The position numbers and the translations under genes are program-made. A DNA stretch of 63,586 bases, counting the filler, from Chrysochromulina tobinii (lineage: Eukaryota), in assembly GCA_001275005.1 (NCBI GenBank). It is 6 parts of 6 records of this genome, joined end to end, with 100 filler letters (N's around TTAATTAATTAA, not from the genome) between each part and the next. Parts side by side here need not be neighbours in the genome. Positions count along the whole stretch, not along the records: positions 32,492 to 54,466 come from JWZX01001268.1; positions 54,567 to 57,621 come from JWZX01001270.1; positions 57,722 to 61,024 come from JWZX01001272.1; positions 61,125 to 63,586 come from JWZX01001273.1; 2 more parts are not named here. One strand, written 5' to 3'. Below the pieces are notes generated by a model. That model ran no database searches, was not told where the DNA came from, and saw nothing but the letters and a program-made list of their open reading frames with translations. Of the stretch, positions 53,381 through 63,586 are shown one piece after another (the stretch's first letter is position 1; each line of letters opens with the position of its first letter).

Positions 53381-54000
53381 GCCGGTTGGCGACGCTCTAC
53401 ACGGGTGGCAAGTCGGGAGCACTTTGAGCCGTGTAGAGCGCCGTGTAGAGCACTTTGAGCCGTGGAGCGCCGTGTAGAGCGCTATGGAGCGCCGTGTAGA
53501 GCACTTTGAGCCGTGGAACCCTATGGAGCCCGAGGTGGCCGCACCCTGGCTGTGGAGCAGAGAGAGAGAGAGAGAGGGAGGGTTGAGCAGAAGTGATTCG
53601 GAACGATCTGCGCACAAGAATCGTGGCGCCATTCCCGCCAAAGGGGCTTGCAAAGGGGGGGCGGCTCCCTCCGCGCCGTGGCCGCGGAGACGCCGACAGG
53701 CGCGCTTGCTGATTAGAGCGTGCAACTTACCTTTCACGGTCCAGATGGGTTTGGGACATAAGTTCTCAAGAGTCAACTGTGTATACGATCTGCATCCTCG
53801 ACACCCAACACGCCGACCCTCCCCTTCAAATTCCCCACCGCAATTCAGTGGGTCCCTCTTGGTAGGGTGCTTGTTCAGTTAACAAATCTCTTTATTCAAC
53901 TGCGGAATGCGCGTCCGTCCAAAAATGCGCTGTGATGTGAATAGTCCGCAGATTATAAATAAAATCATAGAGGCCGTCCGGTAAGGCCGACCAGGTAACC

Positions 54001-54466
54001 ATGTCACGTCTATTCCAGGTGCTGGCTGCAGCTTGCCACATAGCAACAGCATCGGCTGCAGCCTATCCGCCGTCGTTTGAATCGCCGGAACCTTCGCCTC
54101 CACCACCACCCAGTCCGCTACCGCCTCCGCCAAATCCACCTGAGTCGCCTCCGCCACCCTTGCCACCACCTTGCTCGCCTCCACCACCTTTGCCACCACG
54201 CGCGCCGCCCTCGCCGCCGGCGCCGCCTGCCTCGCCGCCCTTGCCAAGCGCACCACAACCACCATCGCCTCCTCCACCTCCGTCGCCCCGTCCTCCGGAG
54301 CCCTCGCCGCCGCCCTCACCGCCGCCCTCGACACCGCCTCCGTCACCGCCTCCCTCACCGCCCTCGCCGCCACCGTCGCCGCCACCGCCATCTCCTCCAC
54401 CTTCACCTCCTCCACCTTTGCTGCCACCCTCGCCACCCCCACCATCCCCGCCGCCACCGTCGCCAC
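54001..54466 (+). CDS. Secreted extensin-like SPPP-rich protein, N-terminal fragment
   Basis: Signal peptide MSRLFQVLAAACHIATASA, then PPSPPP repeats up to the gap. Confidence 0.7.
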
Positions 54467-54566
54467 NNNNNNNNNNNNNNNNNNNNNNNNNNNNNNNNNN
54501 NNNNNNNNNNTTAATTAATTAANNNNNNNNNNNNNNNNNNNNNNNNNNNNNNNNNNNNNNNNNNNN

Positions 54567-57500
54567 TGCTGAGCCTGCTTTGCATGATGAGGATGCTGAG
54601 CCCGCTGAGCATGGCTGAGCATGATGAGGATGCTGAGCTCAATGAGCAGGCTGATCACGCTGAGCAGGCTGAGCAGGCTGAGCTTGCTGAGCTTGCTGAG
54701 CACGCTGAGCACGCTGGGCACGCACCGAGCACGCCACAGCGATCCCGGTGATGATGAGCCCGCTGAGCACAATGAGCTTGCTGAGCCCGCTGAGCATGAT
54801 GAGGATGCTGAGCACGCTGAGCATGATGAGGATGCTGAGCCCGATGGGCAGGTTGAGCAGGCTGAGCATAGGCTGAGCAGGCTGAGCTCGCTGAGCTTGC
54901 TGAGCACGCCGGGCACGCACCGAGCACACTGCAGCAATCCCGGTGATGCTGAGCCTGCTTTGCATGATGAGGATGCTGAGCCCGCTGAGCATGATGAGGA
55001 TGCCGAGCTCAATGAGCAGGCTGAGCACGCTGAGCAGGCTGAGCAGGCTGAGCTTGCTCAGCATGCTGGGCACGCGCCGAGCATGCTGCAGCGATGGCAG
55101 TGATGATGAGCCCGCTGAGCGCAATGAGCTTGCTGAGCCCGCTGAGCATGATGAGGATACCGAGCCCGCTGAGTATGATGAGGATGCTGAGCTCAACAAG
55201 CAGGTTGAGCAGGCAGAGCTCGCTGAGCTTCCTGAGCACGCCGGGCATGTGCTGAGCACGCTGCAGTGATGGCGGTGATGATGAGCCCGCTGAGCACAAT
55301 GAGCTTGCTGAGCCCGCTGAGCATGATGAGGATGCTGAGCCCGCTAAGAATGATGAGGATACTCTGCCCGCTGAGCATGCTGAGGATGATGAGCCCATTG
55401 AGCAGGGTAAGCAGGCTGAGCACGCTGGGCACGCGCCGAGCACGCTGCAGGGATTACGGTGATGATGAGCCCACTGAGCACAATGAGCTTGCTGAGCCCG
55501 CTGAGCATGATGAGGATGATGAGCCTGCTGAGCATGATGAGGATGATGAGCCCAATGAGCAGGTTGAGCTTTCTGAGCTTGCTGAGCAGGCTGAGCGGGC
55601 TGACCTTGCTGAGCTTGCTGAACACACTGACCTTGCTGAGCATGCTGAGCATGCGGAGCACGCTGAGCTTAACTTGCTCAGCACGCCTATCGGGCTCATT
55701 ATCACCATCCTTGCTACAGCGTGCTTGGTGTCTCAGCGTGCTCAGCAAGCTCAGCAGAATCAGCGTGCTCAGCAAGCTCAGCATGCTCATCGAGATCACC
55801 TTCCTCATCCTGCTCAGCGGGCTCAGCATCCATATCGAGCTCAGCATGCTCACCATCGCTCAACATTGCTGCAGCATGCTCTCATGCTTCACAGGGTCAG
55901 CAAGCTCAGCAAGCTCAGCAAGCTCAGCAAGCTCAGCAAGCTCAGCAAGCTCATAGTGCTCGGCATCCTCATATTGCTCATCAGAAGCTCAGCAGGCTCA
56001 CTCAGCATCCTCATTGTGCTCAGCGGGCTCATCATCCGTTGCCAACATCGCCACAGCGTAATCAGCGTGCTCTGCAGGCTGAGCAAGCTCCAATAGCCCA
56101 GGAAGCTAACAGGATGCTCAGCAAGCTCAGCAAGCTCAGCCTGCTCAATGAGCTCATCATTCTCATCGTGCTCGGCGCGCTCAGCATCCTCATCATGCTC
56201 AGCGGGTTCAGCAAGCTCATCGTGCTCAGCGGGCTCATCATCACCGCCATCGCTGCAGCTTGCTCGGCTCGTGCCCAGCGTGCTCAGCAAGCTCAGCCTG
56301 GTCAGCCTGCTCAATCTGCTCATCAGGCTCAGCATCCTCATCATGCTCAGCGGGCTACGCATCCTCATCGTGCTCAGCGGGCTCAGCAAGCTCATTGTGC
56401 TCTGCCGGCTCATCATCACTTCCATTGCTGCAGCGTGCTCAGCTTGCTCAGCAGGCTCAGCAAGCTCAGCGAGCTCAGCCCGATCAGCCTGCTCAGCCTG
56501 CTCATCAGAAATATCATCATCCTCAGCATGCTCAGTGGGCTCAGCATCCTCATTGTGCTCAGCGGGCTCAGCAAGCTCATCGTGCTCAGCGGGCTCATCA
56601 TCACTGCCATCGCTGCAGAATGCTCGGCACGTGATCAGCGTGCTCAGCGTGCTCAGCGTGCTCAGCGTGCTCAGCAAGCTCAGCAGAGTAAGCCTGCTCG
56701 TTGGGCTCATCATCTCAAACGTGCTTATCGCGCTCAGTATCCTCATCATGCTCAGCGGGCTCAGCGAGCTCATTGTGCTCTGCCGGCTCATCATCACTTC
56801 CATCGCTGCAGCGTGCTCAGCTTGCTCAGTAGGCTCAGCAAGCTCAGCAAGCTCAGCCCGATCAGCCTGCTCAGCCTGCTCATCGGGCTTAGCATCCTCA
56901 GCATGCTCAGTGGGCTCAGCATCCTCATTGTGCTCAGCTGGCTCAGCAAGCTCATCGTGCTCAGCGGGCTCATCATCACCGCCATCGCTGCAGCTTGCTC
57001 GGCGCGTGATCAGCGTGCTCAGCGTGCTCAGCGTGCTCAGCAAGCTCAGCAAGCTCAGCAGGGTAAGCCTGCTCAGCGAGCTCAGCCCGAACAGCCTGCT
57101 CAACCTGCTCATCAGAAATATCATCCTCAGCATGCTCAGTGGGCTCAGCATCCTCATTGTGCTCAGCGGGCTCAGCAAGCTCATTGTGCTCAGCGGGCTC
57201 ATCATCACTGTCATCGCTGCAGCTTGCTCGGCGCGTGCCCAGCGTGCTCAGCAAGCTCAGCCTGGTCAGCCTGTTCAGCGAGCTCAGCCCGATCAGCCTG
57301 CTCCACCTGCTCATCGGAAGCATCATCCTCAGCATGCTCAGTGGGCTCAGTATCCTCATCATGCTCAGCGGGCTCAGCAAGCTCATTGTGCTCAGCGGGC
57401 TCATCATCACTTCCATCGCTGCAGCTTGCTCGGCACGTGCCCAGCGTGCTCAGCAAGCTCAGCGATCTCAGCGAGCTCAGCCTGCTTACCCTGCTCATTG

Positions 57501-57621
57501 GGCTCATCATCCTCAGCATGCTCAGCGGGCTTAGCATCCTCATCATGCTCAGCGGGCTCAGCATCCTCATTGTGCTCAGCGGGCTCATCATCACCGTCAT
57601 CGCTGCAGCGTGCTCGGCGTG
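54567..57621. repeat. Complex satellite built from GCTGAGC-containing subunits, with an orientation switch near 55670
   Basis: GCTGAGC/ATGATGAGG units up to ~55668; the reverse complement GCTCAGC/CCTCATCAT afterwards. Confidence 0.93.
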
Positions 57622-57721
57622 NNNNNNNNNNNNNNNNNNNNNNNNNNNNNNNNNNNNNNNNNNNNTTAATTAATTAANNNNNNNNNNNNNNNNNNNNNNN
57701 NNNNNNNNNNNNNNNNNNNNN

Positions 57722-60700
57722 CGCCGAGGATGTTGATGGCCTTCGCATCCTCGAGGATGTTGCCCTCGCCCGAGAGCACCTCGAGGATCTTATCCTCAAT
57801 CTCCTTGAGCTGCTTCTTGTTCGAGGCCGACTCGAGCACGAGCCGCCCCTTCTCTTCCTCGAGGTCGGGGCGCTCCTTGGCGACCACGATGCCGAGCAGC
57901 TGATCCTCGAGGCCCGCGGGCGTGATCATGAAGTTGAGCAGCGTCACCTTGACCTGCAGCTCGGGCAGGTAGTGTGGGTTGCGCAGCTTGGTCGTGATGT
58001 AGAACTTGAACTCCTTCTGGTACTCAATGGTCGCGTCGCCGAGCCGGATGCACTCGACGCCGCCGCTCTTGAAGGTCTGCTTCACGAGCAGCGGCTCGAG
58101 CGCCGGGTCGAGCGCCTCGAGCACGTTCTCGCACATGACCGGCTTGCCAAATTGGATCGAGTTCTCGAGCGTGCGAAGGTAGTCCGACTGCGTGAGCTTG
58201 ATGATCTGCAGGCCGGCCGCGCCCTCCATGTTGCGGATCCACTTGTTCGCCTGGCCCTGCGGGTCGATCATGAGCGGCCAGCGCCGCGCGACGCTCGGCA
58301 CGATCGCATTGTCAATCGAGTAGTCGTCCGTCGGAAGGCCCTGCAGGATCCAGCCGCGCGTCTTCACCGGCTCGCCGATGACGGCCTGCAGCGCAAAGTG
58401 TTCAGACATGGGCACCCGTTTCTCAATGGCGAGCGATTGCCAGCCCGCGACCGCCTCCTTGCGGTACGGGATGAAGAAGGGGCCGAGGTACGCGATCACG
58501 CCCGACGAGATCAGCACGTCGCCGAGCAGGTTGTTGAACTTGGGCCCGAGCTCAGCCGAGATCTCGCCCCAGCGCACCCTCTCGCCGCCCAGGCCGCCCA
58601 TGAGCTTCTCGGCGCGCTCAAGCTTGTTGTTGCAGTCCTCGTACTGGCGCTCGAGCGACGTCTTCTTGGCGTCGAGCTCGGCGAGCTTGTCCTGCATGTT
58701 CTTGAGCTTGTCAAGCACAATCTTGAGCTCCGCCTGCTTGGCCGCAAGGCCCTTCACTGCCTCGGCGTACTCGCCCTCCGCGCTCGCGAGTTGCGCCTTC
58801 TTTGGGGCGACCACCTTCGCGACGCGGTCGTAGATCTCCATCGCGAGGATCCAACGGCAAAGCCCTTCGGCAGCCGACGAGCCCTTGGCCGCCGCCTCGG
58901 GCGTGAACATCTCCATGGGCTTGTACTTCTCGCGGATGACTTTCATGATCTTCGGATCGATGTTGTCCTTGTCGTACGTCTTGAGCGAGTCGATGAACAT
59001 CTTGACGTCGCCCATCATCTTCTTGGCCGGGCCGAAGAAGTCGTCGATCTTCTTGGTCTGGTCGTTCGGATCCTTGATCTTCTCCGCCTTGACGCCCATC
59101 ATGACGCACACGCCCTCGAGGATCAGCTTGACGGCCGCGGGCGGGTTGCCCATGCCCTTGACCAGATCAATGTCGGGCTTCTTGATCGTGTCGAGCGCCC
59201 GGACGGCGGACTCGAGCGCGGGCATCGCCTCGGCGAGGTCAGCCTCGCATTCGTCCTTCATCTGCTTCGCGCTCGCGGCCACCTTGGACACAGCGGCCTC
59301 CTCCTTGGCGACGAACTCCTTTTTGGGCTCGATGACCTCCTTGACCTCCTTGTCGATGATCACCGCCATCTTGCCCGCCTCGTCGACGGCGACGAGCAGC
59401 TTCGGCTTCAGATCAGTGAGCTCCTCCTGCATCTTGGTCACCGCATCGCCCGCCATGCGCAGCTGCTCGAGGCCGTTGTCGTACCGGTTACGAACGAGCT
59501 TGATCTCCTGCCGCTTCTTAGCGAGGAGCGTCTGGAAGACCTGGATCAGCTCGAGGTACGCCGTGGGCGTCACGTACACCAGCCGGCGCTCCGACGACTG
59601 GAACTTGGCCGCGAGCATGCGCACCGACTCGTGGAAGCTCTTGCACATCTCGACCACGGACTGCCGGTTGTGCTTCTCCATCTCCACCTCGGCCAGGAAG
59701 GTGGACGCGACCGCGTCGAGCGCGTCCGCGGGCCACGGCCGGAACCAATCGATCGTGCAGCAGTTGACCAGAGATGGGAACATGCGCAAGCGCGTGCGGA
59801 AGGCGTCGCCGATGGGCGACATGGCGAGGCACGTGTGGATCATCGCGCGGCAACGGTTGACAAAGTACGCGAAGTGCGTGGTAGGTGTGCCATCACCGTC
59901 GAGCCCCTCGTTGCGAGCTGCCTCGCGGACCTTGTCGGCAATCTCCGCCTTCTCGCTGTTCTCGAAAAGGTTGGGCACCTCGCCCGCATTGAGCAGGCCG
60001 TTGATGTCCTCGAGGTACGCCTCCTGCTTGATTTGGGTGTCGGCGAATAAGAAAACGATTGCCATGCCCGCGCGCCTGAGCACCTTCTTGATGTCCTCGC
60101 GCCAGTCGACGAGCGAATAGGACTTGGAGACCTCGATCGAGAAGACCTCCATATCGGACAGGTGCGCCGCGAGGCGCGTGACGGACTGACGTCCCGAGCC
60201 GCCCACGCCCGCGAGCAGCGCATTGCCTCGGGGCATCTGAAGCACGCGCGAGATCTTGCACACGTGCTGGACCGCGAAGAGGAAGAGCACGAGCTTCATC
60301 GGCTTGGACGAGATCTGGTTGTAGTCGTCCAGGTATTGGACCATGTTCTTCTGGAACACCGGAAGGTCGCGCACGCGCCGGTACGACTTTTTGGACGCCT
60401 TGGGGTCCGTGTAGCACGAGTAGAGCAGGTAGCGCACGTCGTCGTCGTCGACCTCGCCGTTGGAGTTTGTGTCAAACTCCTTGATTTATCCATCTCGACG
60501 TTGAAGTGGTTCACCGTGAGCACCTTCATTTGCTCGATGAACCAGAGCCGGTCGTCGTCTTCGGTGAGACGGTCGTAGAAGACGCGGAAGAGCTCATGCG
60601 ACTAAAGGAGCATCAGGTCGGCCGGCTTCTCGAAGTCTTCCTTGCTTGAGAGGAGCATGCCCTGCACGACGCGCGCAAAGTCGCGCAGGTTGAAGGTGTA

Positions 60701-61024
60701 GTGCGACTTGGAGGGCGTGGGTAGCAGGTTGAGCATTGCGGCCTTGTACATGTCCATCGTGGCCGCGATGATGGAGCCCGAGAGCTTGAGGAAGCCATTG
60801 TCGAATTGCTCCTTGGAGAGCCACCAGTCGAAGATCGACTGGAAGATGCGCTGCATTGAGGCGTCGTCGAAGGTCGAGTACGCGATGATGTTGAAGTGGC
60901 ACACGTAGCGCGGCGAGATCGAGTTGCGCCCGCCGTCGGGCGGGCCCATGGCCGCGAAGAACGAGAGGTCGACCAGCTTGCGGAAGACGAGCTCCTTGCG
61001 GTCGTACCAGCCGTCGTGGTCCAT
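57722..61024 (-). pseudogene. Axonemal inner-arm-type dynein heavy chain fragment (AAA3-AAA4-stalk-AAA5) with nonsense and frameshift lesions
   Basis: KSHYTFNLRDFARV, GVGGSGRQS, FPSLVNCCTIDWF, RWPLMIDPQGQAN, GLEDQLL. TAG at 60602-60604 and frame change near 60484. Confidence 0.8.
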
Positions 61025-61124
61025 NNNNNNNNNNNNNNNNNNNNNNNNNNNNNNNNNNNNNNNNNNNNTTAATTAATTAANNNNNNNNNNNNNNNNNNNN
61101 NNNNNNNNNNNNNNNNNNNNNNNN

Positions 61125-63586
61125 GCGTCCGCCGAGAAGGCCAGCTCCGCCCAGCGCTCGAGCAGCCGCATGGGCGTGGCCCGACCCGCGGCGGCGGGGA
61201 GCTCAGCCCCCAGCACCTGGAAGCCGTTCACGTGGGCGAACACCAGCGGCTGCAGGAGATAGGTCACAAAGAAGAGAACTACCCCACTGGCCGTGAGCTC
61301 GCCGAGCGCGACCAGTTGCGCCGTGGCGAGGCTCCGCAGGTCTGCGGTGTCAGTCGCGGTCATCGAGGGCAGCGCAATCAGGGGAGGCTCTGCCGGCGCT
61401 AGCTCAGCCAGGCAAGAGGGCGGGGCAACATCGCAATCATCAACATCGTGACCGACGAGAGGCCGAGACGCCGCCTCGCTACGCCTCTCTTCCGTGCCCA
61501 TGTATCCATGGCGCCCCAGAGTGCGAGAGGGCGACGGAGCCGGATCGTTCGCAGAGCCCTGCGCTTCCCGGCCCTGAGGCGGCGAGAGCGCAGGCGACGG
61601 CAGGAGCCACCGGCATGTTACGCTCTGGTGCGCGGGCACGCTCTGGTGCGCGGGCACACCATTCTCCTCGGGCTCACCACCTCCACGGGCGCGCGTTACT
61701 CGACGCGAGTCGCCAAGCTGAGGTGATGAGCCAGCAGGCGCAGAGCCCACCGACGGGCCCACGGGGGTCACCCGAGAAGAAATCGAAAGGAATCGAGCTG
61801 CGTGTACGCGACCGGCGACCCGCGACACGTCCGCTCCCGGGCTGCAGCGAGCTCGAGGCGCGTCCGCGCCTGGGCCGTCGCCAGCTCGTGGCGATACACA
61901 TTGCGGCAAGATAGACGTTGAGCACCCCCTGCGCTGCCCTGCAGGGGATGCGGCTCGAGGGGCAGGCGGCGCTGCCCCTGAGCTGTCCTCGGCTAGTCCA
62001 GCCGACGACTCGCGAAGGTTCCCGCGGGGGAGACCGACGCCCGGAATGAAGCCTTCTGAGAGAAGGTGAGCTCGACGCACCGCAGCCCTAGGATCCCTCC
62101 AGATCCAGTAGAGGAGCCACGGCACGAGGAGCAGCGGGAGAGAGAGGAGGAAGAGCACGGAGCCCTGGTTCAGATGTCCGTCACAGACATAGCCGCGCTC
62201 GCCTCACTTGGCAAACTTGGCTTTTTTCTTCTTATTGCCCTCCTCGTCACCGTCCGCTTTCAGCGCCGCCTTTGCAAAATGCCGGCATACGTAGGCGCCG
62301 TCGAAGTTCTTGGGCGCCACGTGCTTCTCGGAAGCAAGCGACGTGTGCCCCGGCTCTCCCCAGTGCGGGCAAAGGGCGAGCGCGTCGTTGGCCTTCATCG
62401 TTGACAGGAGGACTGGGAAGCAGTGATCTTGGTCAAGCGAGTAGAAGTCCGCAATCGCGCCGGTGTCGTAGATCTTTGAGCCCAGCCGCATGTGTGTCGC
62501 GTCGGTCCAGGAGACCACGGCCTTCATACAGCCCGGCTTCTTCCAGCCGCTACCGCCGCCGCCATCGCCACCACCTTTGCCTCCTCCGGCGCCACCGCCA
62601 CCGCCGCCGCCCTTGCCCTTGCCTTTGACGATGGCGGGCTTGGCGACCTCCGGGAGAGAGACCCCGGCGAGCGAACGCGGTGTCGACGGCGGCAGCAGCC
62701 CCGGGAAGGCGCGCCGCATATGGATGATAGGCGCTGCGCCCGCCATCTTCGACTTGATCTCTTTGTCGTACGGCCCGTCGAAGGCGAGGTGCCAGCTTAG
62801 CTTGGCATCCGCGGGCTCCGGGTGGGCAAGCATGCGCGCGTGGGACACGTCACACGCACGCAGCGCCTCGACGAAGATCTTCTGAGCGTGCGGGAGCAGG
62901 GTGCCGATCTCGAGCTCGCCTTGCTTGCGGATCCACTTCAAGTGCGAGAGCTGCTTTTGGAAGAGCGCGACCAGGGTGTAACCACCCGCCGCCTCGGGCG
63001 CCCAGCCCGCCGCGATCATCGTGGTCTTGACAAAGGGGATGATCTGCTCGAGCACCGATTCGACGATGAAGAGCTGGTCGGCCGGGCACCCAACGAAGGG
63101 TTCGGAGGCGTCCAGATTCATCAGCCCGAGCGCGCCGAGCGGCCCGAACCAATCGATCTCAGAGAGACGGCCCTTGAAGAGCAGGTCGCACTGGGTCGCA
63201 TCGAACAGCCAGTTCTCACGAAGCTCCGGGACCTCGTCCGAGCCGGGCTCGACGGCCTGGGCACCCCCGAAGTAGGCAGGCAGCTCGCTCAGGCACAGCG
63301 TAAGCGAGGCAAAGACAGCGTGCTTTGTCGCGAGGCAACTCGGGTTGGCAAAGAAACGCTGGAAGATTGAGAGCCCCGAGAGAAGAGTCGCCTCGAGCGC
63401 GCTCGAGCGGCCTTCGTTGGTCTCCAGGTCGAGGGCAGCAACCTCGTCGGCCACCTGCAGGAAAGTGTCACACTCCAGGATGGCACGGCGCAGAGCCGCC
63501 TCGGTTACGCCCCGCAACGAGACGGGCGCGGCAGCGCGCCCGGGCCCGTCGCAGTCGACACCTCGGGCGTACCCTCCGTCGGCGAC
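61125..63586 (-). mobile_element. Two intronless ORFs (62204 to window end; 61125-62158), possibly the 5' part of a retroelement
   Basis: The first ORF ends with a Gly/Lys-rich tract, a C...C...H...H cluster and a basic tail (Gag/ORF1-like). No RT or recombinase motif is visible. Confidence 0.3.

Noticed and set aside
54515..57677. Long ORFs on both strands of the satellite
   Set aside because: Expected from stop-poor triplet-phased repeats; no domain or gene structure.
57972..60120. 692-aa and 411-aa plus-strand ORFs, and similar antisense ORFs elsewhere
   Set aside because: Shadow frames of GC-rich coding genes on the opposite strand.

Overview
GC-rich eukaryotic genomic DNA, most likely a haptophyte alga of the Chrysochromulina/Prymnesium type. 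This is inferred from plastid-targeted genes, axonemal dynein, short GT-AG introns and gene style; it is not proven. The window is six assembly pieces joined by 100-bp N-TTAATTAATTAA-N linkers, so adjacency across linkers is uncertain. It holds about 25 protein-coding genes: a mosaic lectin-like surface protein, lumenal FKBP, two EF-hand proteins, F-box/LRR, MgtE, DEAH helicase, ankyrin protein, SOD-repeat protein, ML+I29, HMG box, three FkbM methyltransferases, an eIF5A-like protein, a dual kinase with a NIT domain, a PARP-like protein, a beta-propeller, RIX1/PELP1, a mitochondrial carrier and a damaged dynein heavy chain. There is also an inverted satellite. The strongest signal is a family of at least 8 spliceosomal introns in three genes. 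Each carries a cassette of 10-bp tandem repeats (CTCTGATGAC/CTCTGATTGC) that brings one splice site; in 7 of the 8, a 17-51 bp duplicate of the neighbouring exon supplies the other. They occur in both mirror arrangements, sometimes stacked, and at different stages of decay. This looks like an active intron-generating mechanism.
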